Assembly (NCBI GenBank): GCA_017501225.1
Contig: JAFVXH010000007.1
Span: forward strand, 82,501-146,500
Direction: 5' to 3'
Origin: Clostridia bacterium
GTDB taxonomy: Bacteria > Bacillota > Clostridia > Oscillospirales > CAG-272
Length of the DNA: 64,000 bases
Shown here: positions 53,504 through 62,308 of the stretch, piece after piece
How the letters are laid out: each line of letters opens with the position of its first letter
How positions within the stretch are numbered: the stretch's first letter is position 1
Position numbers and translations under genes: made by a program
Notes under the pieces: model-generated
Told to the model about the DNA's origin: nothing
The model's database searches: none
What the model saw: the letters and a program-made list of their open reading frames with translations, nothing else

Positions 53504-54064
53504 TCAAAGGAATAGCCTCCGGAATTGCCGTCCGTCGAACGCCGCGTGAAGCGTGGGCTGTAAAAGAGAAAAATCCGCAACCAGCGAGTGCGGCTTTTTT
53601 TCGGGATCGTCCTGCTCCATCGGAACAAAATAAACGTGCTTGCGGGAAAGCAGCGTGGCGATATTTTTCAAATTTGCGGAAAGCGCGTCGTTGGATGCCA
53701 AGGAGATGATCAGGGGACGGTCCGAGCGCAGATGCGCCTTTGCCGCCATGGTCACCGAGGTGTCGGTGATCCCGTTGGCAATCTTGGCGAGCGTGTTTCC
53801 GGTACAAGGACAAAGGATCAGCGCATCCAGGCGAACCCCGGGACCTAACGGCTCGGCATCCACTACCGTATGAATGATCGGGTGACCGCAAAGCCGCTCG
53901 ACCTCCTCGCGCAAAGATGCGGCAGTCCCGAAGCGTGTGTCGGTATTCCAGACGGCATCGCTGAAAATCGGCTGTATCTCATATCCCTGCTCTATCAGCT
54001 TTCGCAGCTCCGTAAGGCCTTTGGAATGTGTGCAAAACGAGCCGCAAAATGCGTAACCTAACAT
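53504..54064 (-). CDS. dpaB: dipicolinate synthase subunit B
   Basis: MLGYAFCGSFCTH...LILCPCTGNTLAKIANGITDTSVTMAAKAHLR is the flavoprotein fold of SpoVFB. Confidence 0.9.
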   Translation of the reverse strand: MLGYAFCGSFCTHSKGLTELRKLIEQGYEIQPIFSDAVWNTDTRFGTAASLREEVERLCGHPIIHTVVDAEPLGPGVRLDALILCPCTGNTLAKIANGITDTSVTMAAKAHLRSDRPLIISLASNDALSANLKNIATLLSRKHVYFVPMEQDDPEKKPHSLVADFSLLQPTLHAAFDGRQFRRLFL

Positions 54065-54108
54065 GGTCGTTGTTCCTTTCTGTCACAATGTCAAAGCGCA
54101 AACAGCTC

Positions 54109-54999
54109 TTATGGGGTGTATTCCTCCAGAAGTGAGAGCACACCCAGCGCAAGAATGCTCCCCGCGCTCTCGGGCGTACATTTGCCCGGCAGTGCCGTGC
54201 CCCACACCGTTCTGATTCCAAGCTCGTTTGCCGCCCCGCGGTCAATGCCACCGGGAGCGGATGCAAGATCGATCAGAACACAGCTCCTCGGAAGATGCTC
54301 CAGGACCTCTCTGTCAAAGAGCCAGACGGGGACGGTATTGAAGACCGCGCGACAGTCCTTTGGAAGTTTTGCAAGCGTCGAGGTCTTCCCCTCCCCTGTC
54401 AGGAGCATCGGAATCTGGTGATGCAGCTCTGCGCATACCAAAGCCTCTTTTTTTCTTGCGTATACCAAAACCCTTGCGCCAAGCGCGGTCAGCTTTTCGG
54501 CAAGAAGCGCACCGATCCTTCCGTATCCCACCACCGCCACAAGACTGCCGTCCAGTGTGACGGGAAGCTCCTTCATGGCAATGGCGATCGCGCCCTCCGC
54601 GGTGGGAAGCGCATTTCGCAGCTGTGTGATCTCGGATTGAAAATAATCGATACACGTAACGCCGTATTTCGCGGCATTCTCAGTCAGAGGGGCTTCTAAG
54701 CGTCCGCCCAGCAAGGGCTTCCCCTCCATGGCAGGGAATAAGGCGGAAAGACGCAGGCTTTCGTCCTCGTGATGCAACGGACAATGCACGCGTACGCCGT
54801 CGACACTTGCCGGCAAAGGCAATATCACCGCGTGCGCCGCAGCGACAGCATCCTCCCACCTTCTGCATTTGCGCACACCGGGGATGGACACCTCGCCAAG
54901 TCCCCAAACGGATACCGTGTGCCCTTTTTTAGCAAGATCCCGTGCCAGATACAGCTGTCTTTCATCTCCGCCGATAACGGTCAAGCGCTCAAATTTCAT
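54109..54999 (-). CDS. dpaA: dipicolinate synthase subunit A
   Basis: MKFERLTVIGGDERQLYLARDLAKKGH...NALPTAEGAIAIAM...VVGYGRIGALLAEKLTALGARV...LIDLASAPGG is collinear with SpoVFA. Start at ATG 54999. Confidence 0.9.
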   Translation of the reverse strand: MKFERLTVIGGDERQLYLARDLAKKGHTVSVWGLGEVSIPGVRKCRRWEDAVAAAHAVILPLPASVDGVRVHCPLHHEDESLRLSALFPAMEGKPLLGGRLEAPLTENAAKYGVTCIDYFQSEITQLRNALPTAEGAIAIAMKELPVTLDGSLVAVVGYGRIGALLAEKLTALGARVLVYARKKEALVCAELHHQIPMLLTGEGKTSTLAKLPKDCRAVFNTVPVWLFDREVLEHLPRSCVLIDLASAPGGIDRGAANELGIRTVWGTALPGKCTPESAGSILALGVLSLLEEYTP

Positions 55000-55047
55000 A
55001 AGCCCCACCCCTTCAAAGTTCAAACTCAAGCTATGGCTTTGCCTTAA

Positions 55048-55075
55048 TATTCTATGAAAAAAAGCCCCTGCCCGT
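55048..55075 (-). promoter_or_regulatory. candidate sigmaK-type promoter of dpaAB
   Basis: Minus strand reads AC (55075..55074), 17 nt, then CATAGAATA (55056..55048), which fits AC-N17-CATAnnnTA. It lies about 50 nt upstream of the dpaA ATG. Confidence 0.4.
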
Positions 55076-57372
55076 CACTGGGACTTTGGGGCTTCCTTCA
55101 CAAAAAATCGAATTCGTCCAAGGCAGACGTGTACCCTGACATCGGAACGGACGGGGAAAACGCGTTCTCTCATGCGCGCCTCCTCCAGAATGACCTCCTG
55201 GCACCCGCTTCGCGAGGTCGGGATCATTTCCGTATTGGCTTTTACCATTCCAGCCCCTGCTACCATCAGGTAGCGACTGCTTGACGCAACGTTCTGCGCC
55301 TCCGAGGCAAGCGGCGTCATCAGGCAGGACATGTTCATGCAGGTCACACCGACACCGCGCAATCTCGCAAAGAACAGAACCCCCGCAACCGAGGTTTCCT
55401 CCGTCGGAGCGTGCGCGTAGCGAACGACCTCCATCGAAGGGATTCCCACCTCGTCGCAATCATACACCACTTTCATGCCAAGCTTCTCCGCATCGGCGTG
55501 CAGGCGTCTGGCAATCCCCGCCTCCTTCTCCGTCAGGGGCGGCGGCAAATGGAGCGTCCCGATTCGGATCTTCCCCGCAAGACGGTAAAGATACGCGCTG
55601 TATCCGTTGACGTAACGCGTCAGGATCAGATCGGATACCTCCGTGCATCTTGCGAGCTTCACATCGCCGACCAGTGTCGCCAGCGCCTTGGATTTTCCGT
55701 CCGAGCAGTCCACCGCGACGCTCTTTCCGCGCTCCGAGAACGTGCAGACCATTCCGTCCCCCGCAAGGGCAAAGCTGACCGATGCATCCCGACAGAGATA
55801 GGTCATGCAGAACGCCGACCCCAGGGACAGGCAAAACAGAAGGAGCGGCACGTAGAAATATATGCGCCGCTTGATCGGGAGGACCGCGATCGCGATCAGT
55901 GCCAGCGTCATCAGGATCAGAAGCACCACCGTCAAAAGATCACGGACCGAGAGCAATACACCCGGCAGGGACGAGCCGAGATCCGCCACCCAAAGCGTCA
56001 GCGTTCCCATCCATCTGCAAAGGATCGGAAGAAGTGGGATCATCGGCAAGGGGATCATCAAAAGTGAGAAAATGAGCACCAATGTCGTCGGAGTCGAAAG
56101 GATCAGCGTTGTGGGGATCGCAAGCAGAGAGAATTCTCCAACCGTCAGGGCAAGCAGAAGCATCAGGGCAAAATTCGAAGCAACGCCTACCAAGATCGAG
56201 CCTAAGAAATCCAACAACCACCGCCTGATACGCCCGGAAAGCCCGCTTGCTTTGTGTGCCTTCCGTTCCGCCCAAGCAAAATACGCAGGCATAAAGACGA
56301 CGATTCCCGCCGTTGACAAAAAGGACAGCCACAGGGAAAGATCCAAGATGGCGTATGGCGTCACCGTCAGCATTGCGGCAAGCGCAACGCACAGTGCGGT
56401 GAAGGAATCGTATTCCTCCTTTACGAGGAACCCAAGATACATGATGCAGGACATCAGCACCGCACGGCAGATGGAGGCGAGGAATCCCGTCAGTGCCATA
56501 TATCCGATGGAAAAGAGCGGGAGCAGGATCACACGTAGGATCTTTGGCACGTGCATGCGGCGGAGCAAGATCTCAAGCAAGCCCAAAAGCACCGTGATAT
56601 GTAAGCCGCTGAGCGCTAACAGGTGCGTCGTTCCCGTGCGGGAAAAGGCAAGCGTTGTGGTAGGCGACAGATAGGAACGGTCGCCAAGCAAGATCGCCAC
56701 GGCAAGTGCTCCCTCCTCTCCCTTGACCGTATTCAGAATCCTTGAGCCGAGCTTTAAGTTCCAATGATTGCAAATGCTGAGAAGGCTTTTCCCGCCACCG
56801 ACGGAGAAGCTGCAATCCTCCCGGTTCCGGCACACCATCAGTAACAGATATCCGTTGGAAAGGCGGTATTTCCGCTCATCAAAATCCTCGCCCTCCTCAA
56901 ATGCGCGGGGTGTGACCGTCGCGCAAAAGGCGTCACCTCCCTGCATGGCGGACGCATACTCGGTTTGCAAAAGCACGCGCATGGAGCAAGCCTTCCCGTC
57001 AATTTCCTCGATCGTGACGTCGAACAGCCCTGCATAGGAGGCAGACGCCGCTCGCGCGTTGATCCGTCCCTTGACGTACAGCTCTTTCCCTACCAGCTCC
57101 TGTGCGTTTTGGTAGCGAACGTCAAAGAATGCAAACGAGCTGCCAAGCCCTATGCAGACGCCGATCAGGCAAAGCAAGACGCAAAACAGCACGCGCTTGA
57201 CACGCGCCTTCTTCCGAAAGGCAAGATAGAAAACGACGCATAGGACAAGCAAAACGAGCGCAGCGATCAAAAATCCAAGCTTCAGCTTTGAGAAAAGCGG
57301 GAAGGCAAGAACTGACGCGAGCGACAAAAGACAAGCCGCAAGCCCTAAGGGACGGTTATGAAAAATATGCAT
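55075..57372 (-). CDS. comEC: ComEC/Rec2 family DNA internalisation channel protein
   Basis: 765 aa. It has an N-terminal OB/DUF4131-like region and the competence-domain motif HLLALSGLHITVLLGLL within about 10 TM segments. The C-terminal ~235 aa are collinear with the MBL domain but lack its HxHxDH motif. Confidence 0.85.
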   Translation of the reverse strand: MHIFHNRPLGLAACLLSLASVLAFPLFSKLKLGFLIAALVLLVLCVVFYLAFRKKARVKRVLFCVLLCLIGVCIGLGSSFAFFDVRYQNAQELVGKELYVKGRINARAASASYAGLFDVTIEEIDGKACSMRVLLQTEYASAMQGGDAFCATVTPRAFEEGEDFDERKYRLSNGYLLLMVCRNREDCSFSVGGGKSLLSICNHWNLKLGSRILNTVKGEEGALAVAILLGDRSYLSPTTTLAFSRTGTTHLLALSGLHITVLLGLLEILLRRMHVPKILRVILLPLFSIGYMALTGFLASICRAVLMSCIMYLGFLVKEEYDSFTALCVALAAMLTVTPYAILDLSLWLSFLSTAGIVVFMPAYFAWAERKAHKASGLSGRIRRWLLDFLGSILVGVASNFALMLLLALTVGEFSLLAIPTTLILSTPTTLVLIFSLLMIPLPMIPLLPILCRWMGTLTLWVADLGSSLPGVLLSVRDLLTVVLLILMTLALIAIAVLPIKRRIYFYVPLLLFCLSLGSAFCMTYLCRDASVSFALAGDGMVCTFSERGKSVAVDCSDGKSKALATLVGDVKLARCTEVSDLILTRYVNGYSAYLYRLAGKIRIGTLHLPPPLTEKEAGIARRLHADAEKLGMKVVYDCDEVGIPSMEVVRYAHAPTEETSVAGVLFFARLRGVGVTCMNMSCLMTPLASEAQNVASSSRYLMVAGAGMVKANTEMIPTSRSGCQEVILEEARMRERVFPVRSDVRVHVCLGRIRFFVKEAPKSQ

Positions 57373-57472
57373 CTGCTCTCTCCTTTCCTCTTTATTTTTT
57401 TGAAAAAATATAAAAAAATAGTTAAAAAATCGTAAAGAGATGTGAAAAAATCCCTTTATATCGAATTTTTTC

Positions 57473-57501
57473 TTGACAAACGCATAGAAATATTGTATAA
57501 T
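57473..57501 (+). promoter_or_regulatory. consensus sigmaA promoter of the orphan ACP gene
   Basis: TTGACA (57473..57478), a 17-nt spacer, then TATAAT (57496..57501). Confidence 0.7.
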
Positions 57502-57562
57502 GTATGGCGAGTGCTGAACCGTTCAGCGACACCACCATGACATTCATATTGGAGGAATCATT

Positions 57563-57790
57563 ATGTTTGAAACTTTGAAGAACATCCTGGTCGAGGAACT
57601 TCAGATTGATGCAAACGACATCACGCCCGAGGCTGAGCTCGCAAACGACCTTGGCATCAATTCCATTGAGCTTGCGGATCTCGTTCTGCTTTGCGAGGAA
57701 AAATTCAACATCGAAATTGAGGACAATGACATTCACAAGTTCGTAACCATTCAGGATGTTGTTGACTACATGGAAGCACATCAAGGCTGA
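57563..57790 (+). CDS. acyl carrier protein (stand-alone)
   Basis: 75 aa with a GGAGGAATCATT RBS. LANDLGINSIELADLVLLCEEKFNIEIED follows the ACP helix II pattern, with Ser in place of the canonical DSL Ser. Confidence 0.85.
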   Translation: MFETLKNILVEELQIDANDITPEAELANDLGINSIELADLVLLCEEKFNIEIEDNDIHKFVTIQDVVDYMEAHQG

Positions 57791-57806
57791 TTTCCAACAA
57801 AAAATA

Positions 57807-57842
57807 GTGCTCTGTTCTTCGTGGCAGGGCACCATTTTTTTA
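57807..57842 (+). terminator. rho-independent terminator of the ACP gene
   Basis: GTGCTCTG-N10-CAGGGCAC, then CATTTTTTTAT. Confidence 0.75.
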
Positions 57843-58027
57843 TCTTTTTCCCCTATATCGTATCGCATAATTCGACAAAAGTCAACAGGTAATTCTCAAA
57901 AGAACAAAAAAAGCCGAGGCGACAAGGCGTAAGCGGCTGAAAAAATATATTATTTTACAAAAAAGCCTTGAAAAGCACGTGATAATATGTTAGATTATAG
58001 GTAAGTATATTTTAGAAAGGTGTTTTC

Positions 58028-58441
58028 ATGAAAACGCTTCAAGGAATCAAAAAATGGCTGGCGGACGCATGTATATACTACACCGTGACGTCCCTTGCGA
58101 TCATTCTGTTGAATCTGCTTTTGCAAAACAAGATCGATATGAGCGTGACCGTTCGCGTGTCCTCGTTTTTGCTCTTGCTCCCCGCCTCTCTCTGCCTTTC
58201 CGCGGGAGGCTTGCTGCTGGCAAATCAAAAGCTTTCCTTTCCGTTGCGTGCGATCCTGCATTACGGGATCACACTGATCAGCTTCCTGCTCTTTTTGTGG
58301 CTTCCCGCAAGCGCGGGGGCACGCGGCTCTGCAACCTTGATCATTCTGGTCATCGTTACCGCCCTGTATTGGCTGATCTTCTTCTCCGTACATCTGATCC
58401 GAGGACGCGTCATGCGCCTTTGGGAGGAGACAAAGGATTAA
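58028..58441 (+). CDS. hypothetical small membrane protein (about 4 TM)
   Basis: 137 aa with an AAAGGTG RBS. Hydrophobic segments: IYYTVTSLAIILLNLLL, SSFLLLLPASLCLSAGGLLL, ITLISFLLFLWL, LIILVIVTALYWLIFF. Confidence 0.55.
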   Translation: MKTLQGIKKWLADACIYYTVTSLAIILLNLLLQNKIDMSVTVRVSSFLLLLPASLCLSAGGLLLANQKLSFPLRAILHYGITLISFLLFLWLPASAGARGSATLIILVIVTALYWLIFFSVHLIRGRVMRLWEETKD

Positions 58442-58453
58442 AAGGAGTTATCC

Positions 58454-59323
58454 ATGAACAAACAACAACGGGATGCGAGCATTTTTGCGATCCTGCTTTT
58501 ACTGATCGGAGGTCTTACCGTGTTCTGTCTTCTGGCAGGAGGTGCGTTAGGGATCGCGATGCTGATATCCCCAAAGAGCGATACGCCGACCGATTCCGCA
58601 CCCCCCGCAACGGATGCGCCGAGTGCACCGTCGGCAAGCCTGATTCCCAACGTCACGCTGGCAGAAGGGCCCGACGCGGGGATGGAATATATCGACCGCA
58701 TGATCTTCTTCGGAGAATCCACCACCGCGCACTTGGCTTCGCGCGGTGTACTTTCGGGCGGAACCGATACACAGCAGGTCTGGAAGGATTCCTCCGGAAC
58801 CAAGCGGCTGTCCTCTGCCCTGCTTTCCGAAACCGTGATCTATCCCCCCACAGGGGAGCATCTGACCATCTCCGAGGCACTTGCCAAGGAGCAGCCTGAA
58901 TATATCGTGCTTTCCTTTGGTCTGAACGGCATTACCGATTTTGTGGCAAACAAGGACAGCTACGTCAGAAATTACAATTCTCTGATCAACGCCATTCAAG
59001 CCGCATCTCCAAATACCAGAATCATTCTGCAATCGATCTATCCCGTGACCGCCTCCTGTAACACCTGGAACGAGGACGGTACCACGATTTCCGATTACAC
59101 CAGAATTCTCAATCAGCTGCTTCCCGAGATTGCCGCCGCACACGAAAACGTGCGCTACGTCAACACCGCCGAGGTGTTGACCGACGGAACGGGCTGCCTT
59201 GATATCGGCTTTGACGCAAGCGGTGACGGAATCCATCTTTCCAAATCCGCTTACGAGCAAATCATATACTACCTGCGCACGCACCCGTGGCAGGAAACAT
59301 CTGAAAGGAATGAAACAACATGA
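58454..59323 (+). CDS. SGNH/GDSL hydrolase-family protein, N-terminally membrane-anchored
   Basis: TM anchor IFAILLLLIGGLTVFCLLAGGALGIAML and a Pro/Ala/Ser linker. Block I is MIFFGESTT, block III is LSFGLNG and block V is GDGIHL. Confidence 0.8.
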   Translation: MNKQQRDASIFAILLLLIGGLTVFCLLAGGALGIAMLISPKSDTPTDSAPPATDAPSAPSASLIPNVTLAEGPDAGMEYIDRMIFFGESTTAHLASRGVLSGGTDTQQVWKDSSGTKRLSSALLSETVIYPPTGEHLTISEALAKEQPEYIVLSFGLNGITDFVANKDSYVRNYNSLINAIQAASPNTRIILQSIYPVTASCNTWNEDGTTISDYTRILNQLLPEIAAAHENVRYVNTAEVLTDGTGCLDIGFDASGDGIHLSKSAYEQIIYYLRTHPWQETSERNETT

Positions 59324-59805
59324 AAAAGCTTCTCTCTTGTCTTCTCGCAGCAGTTCTTCTCCTCTCCATGGTGTCCTGCGTAGGCACCTCCTACAAAACC
59401 GACGTTGCCGTGGACGAGCTGGCGCTCAACGCCGCTCCGAAGCTGATTGGCGGTGTCGTGTACCGTGCGGCTGCCACCAACTACTTTGACGATTACTTCG
59501 CTATGCCCGACGGCATTGAGGACTTCACCGTCCGCATCACGGGTGACACCGGAAACCTGGACGAGTTCGGCATCTTCCACGTTCCCGCAGGCCGCGAGAA
59601 GGAAATGACGGGGCTTTTGCAGGGCTATCTCGCCGCACGTCTTGAGAGAAACGAGGAATTCTACAACTCCTACATTCCCGAGGAGGTCGTAAAGCTCCGC
59701 TCCGCCGAGGTCAAGGTGTTCGGCAGCTATATCGTTTACGCCATCCTCTCCGATGACAACAGCACCATTCTCTTCTCCGCAATTGAGGAAGAGCTGACGG
59801 CATAA
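59320..59805 (+). CDS. lipoprotein, DUF4358-like
   Basis: Lipobox LLLSMVSC after MKKLLSCLLAAV. The ATGA start overlaps the SGNH gene stop. The family assignment comes from memory of DUF4358-type sequences and is tentative. Confidence 0.5.
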   Translation: MKKLLSCLLAAVLLLSMVSCVGTSYKTDVAVDELALNAAPKLIGGVVYRAAATNYFDDYFAMPDGIEDFTVRITGDTGNLDEFGIFHVPAGREKEMTGLLQGYLAARLERNEEFYNSYIPEEVVKLRSAEVKVFGSYIVYAILSDDNSTILFSAIEEELTA

Positions 59806-59825
59806 ATCTCAATCAAGTCAAAATC

Positions 59826-59866
59826 AAAAGCACCCCACACCGATCGGTGTTAGGGGTGCTTTTTTC
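59826..59866. terminator. bidirectional terminator (lipoprotein gene / radical SAM gene)
   Basis: AAAA-GCACCCCACACCG-at-CGGTGTTAGGGGTGC-TTTTTT. Confidence 0.8.
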
Positions 59867-59879
59867 AAGCGTCAGCGCA

Positions 59880-60839
59880 TCAGGAGTGATAGCGTTTTCC
59901 CTGCCAGGAATTCCTTGCATAGAGCAGCTTATCGATATCGTTGAGCACGGTGGTCTTTTTTTGACTCCACAGAGGTGCTAAGAGCTCATCCTTCATCCCA
60001 TCTCCCGTCAGGCGGCCGATCACCGTCTGCGGCGGCAACAGCTCCAGGGCATCGACTACGGTGGAGATGTAGTCCTCTCTTTCCATAGGGAGATATTCTC
60101 CGTCCCGATACATGCGCCCAAGCTCGGTTCCGCGCAGGACATACATCAGATGAATTTTGAGCTGATCGGGCACGGTAAGCGCTACGTCCCTGACCGTTCT
60201 GAGCATATCCTCCCGCGTTTCCGACGGAAGCCCGAAGATCAGATGCGTGCAGATCTGAATGCGGCTGCTTGCTCGCCGCAGCTTCTCCACTCCCTGCAAA
60301 AACACCTCGAAGGTATGTCCGCGGTTGATGAGCGCTGCCGTGCGGTCGGACGAGCTCTGCAGGCCCAGCTCCACGGTCAGGACCGTGCGCTCGGAAAGCT
60401 CTGCAAGATACTCAACGACGTCCTCCTCCAGGCAGTCGGCGCGCGTGGCAACGTTGATGCCCACGATGCCCTCCTCGGCAAGTGCCGCCTCATAATACTG
60501 CCTGAGCACCTCTACGGGCGCGTAGGTATTGGTGTGCGCCTGAAAATACGCAAGATAGCGCGGCGTATCCCACTTTTTCGAGAGTGCCGCCTTTTGCATC
60601 GCGATCTGCTCAGCGATCGAATACGTCGCGACCGGCGCGAACTCGCCGCTGCCCCGTGAGGAGCAGTAGATACATCCGCCAACCGAGCACTTGCCGTCAA
60701 TATTGGGGCAGGTAAAGCCTGCGTCAATGGGAAGCTTTGCGCACTTCCCGCCAAAGGTCGAGCGCAAATAGTAATCATAGGTGTAGTACCGCTTGTTGCT
60801 GTCGCTAAAGGGATACGGATTGCTCTCTGCCTGTGTCAT
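59880..60839 (-). CDS. TIGR01212-family radical SAM protein
   Basis: YYTYDYYLRSTFGGKCAKLPIDAGFTCPNIDGKCSVGGCIYCSSRGSGEF is the family hallmark. Start at ATG 60839 (AAGGAG RBS). Confidence 0.85.
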   Translation of the reverse strand: MTQAESNPYPFSDSNKRYYTYDYYLRSTFGGKCAKLPIDAGFTCPNIDGKCSVGGCIYCSSRGSGEFAPVATYSIAEQIAMQKAALSKKWDTPRYLAYFQAHTNTYAPVEVLRQYYEAALAEEGIVGINVATRADCLEEDVVEYLAELSERTVLTVELGLQSSSDRTAALINRGHTFEVFLQGVEKLRRASSRIQICTHLIFGLPSETREDMLRTVRDVALTVPDQLKIHLMYVLRGTELGRMYRDGEYLPMEREDYISTVVDALELLPPQTVIGRLTGDGMKDELLAPLWSQKKTTVLNDIDKLLYARNSWQGKRYHS

Positions 60840-60869
60840 GACGGCTCCTTTCGAAACGTTGTATTTGGA

Positions 60870-60901
60870 TAGCAAAGGGAAGAATCCGTTGAATTCTTCC
60901 C
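60870..60901 (-). terminator. hairpin/terminator after the aminotransferase gene
   Basis: Minus strand: GGGAAGAAT-tcaacgg-ATTCTTCCC, then TTTGCTAT (short U-tract). On the plus strand the same stem is followed by TTTTATTT. Confidence 0.45.
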
Positions 60902-60911
60902 TTTTATTTCG

Positions 60912-62198
60912 TTATGCGTTTGCCAGATATTTTTCCAGAACAGCCAAACGGACGCAAAGCGTGAGCACATTCATTGCCTCCTGCAGATCCTGCTCGTTCG
61001 GATAGGTGGGAGCGATGCGGATGTTGCTGTCCGCCTCGTCCTTGCCGTAAGGATAGGTCGCGCCGACGTTCGTCAGCTTGACTCCCGCTGCCGCGCAAAG
61101 GGCGTAAGCGCGCTTCGCACATCCCTCCTCCACAAACAGACTGACAAAATAGCCGCCGAGAGGATTGGTCCAACGTGCCACGCCAAGATCGCCAAGATCC
61201 TTCTCCAGCGTATTCAGCACGATCTCAAACTTGGGGCGGATCAGATCGGCAAGACGCATCATGTGACGGCGGATGTTCTCTGCCGAGCCGAAATAGCGCA
61301 CGTGGCGAAGCTGGTTGATCTTGTCAAAGCCGATGGTCTGCGCCGAGATGATGGGCATAATCTGCGCAAGATTTTCCTTGGATGCCGCCATGATGGCAAC
61401 GCCCGAGCCCGGGAAGGAGATCTTGGAGGTCGATGCGAAATAAAAGACACGGTTGCGGTTTCCGTACGCATCGCACGCCTCGAAGATATCCGCCAACGTA
61501 TCGCGGCGGTCGGGATACAGATCGTGAACCGCATACGCGTTATCCCAAAAGATGCGGAAATCCTTTGCCGCGGTCTTCATGGCACCGAAGCGACGAACGG
61601 TTTCGTCGGAATAGGTAATGCCGTCGGGATTGGAATACTTGGGGCAGCACCAGATGCCCTTGATGGCGGGATCGGATGCGACAAGCTTCTCTACTACATC
61701 CATATCCGGACCGCTTGCGGTCATGGGAACGGGGATCATTTCAATGCGCAGCGATTCGCAAATGGAAAAATGACGGTCATATCCCGGCACGGGGCAAAGG
61801 AATTTGATCTTCTCCTCACGGCACCAGGGACGCTCGCTGTCGCAAACGCCGTACAGCATCGCGCGCGCGACCGAATCGTACATCAATTCCAGCGAGGAAT
61901 TTCCTCCGATAAAGAGCTCCTCCTCACGAATTCCCAGAAGCTCGGCAAACAGACGCTTTGCCTCCTTGATCCCGTCCAGAACCCCGTAGTTCCGGCAATC
62001 AAAGCCACTCTCGGTGCGGCAATCGGCAGAGGAATTGATGCAATCCAGCATCCCCTGTAAAAGATCCAACTGCTCCGCTCCGGGCTTGCCGCGGGAAAGA
62101 TCCAAAGAGAGCCCCTTTTGACAGTAGCCCTCGTATTCAATCTGTAACTGTGCAAGAGCCTGTTTCAGCTGCTCCTGACTCATCTGTGAAAACTGCAT
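60912..62198 (-). CDS. PLP-dependent aminotransferase, class I/II fold
   Basis: 428 aa. [23 protein letters not shown], and the [15 protein letters not shown] Lys-containing motif. The substrate is unknown. Confidence 0.75.
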   Translation of the reverse strand: MQFSQMSQEQLKQALAQLQIEYEGYCQKGLSLDLSRGKPGAEQLDLLQGMLDCINSSADCRTESGFDCRNYGVLDGIKEAKRLFAELLGIREEELFIGGNSSLELMYDSVARAMLYGVCDSERPWCREEKIKFLCPVPGYDRHFSICESLRIEMIPVPMTASGPDMDVVEKLVASDPAIKGIWCCPKYSNPDGITYSDETVRRFGAMKTAAKDFRIFWDNAYAVHDLYPDRRDTLADIFEACDAYGNRNRVFYFASTSKISFPGSGVAIMAASKENLAQIMPIISAQTIGFDKINQLRHVRYFGSAENIRRHMMRLADLIRPKFEIVLNTLEKDLGDLGVARWTNPLGGYFVSLFVEEGCAKRAYALCAAAGVKLTNVGATYPYGKDEADSNIRIAPTYPNEQDLQEAMNVLTLCVRLAVLEKYLANA

Positions 62199-62245
62199 GA
62201 TGCGCGATCTCCTATGCTATTCTGTTTCTGATTTCAACACCAAAC

Positions 62246-62274
62246 AGTATATCATAGACAGGTGCATTTTGCAA
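62246..62274 (-). promoter_or_regulatory. candidate sigmaA promoter of the aminotransferase/radical-SAM genes
   Basis: Minus strand reads TTGCAA (62274..62269), a 17-nt spacer ending in TGa, then TATACT (62251..62246). Confidence 0.55.
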
Positions 62275-62308
62275 CCCTTTTTGCAATATTTTTTACAAAA
62301 ATTGCATT

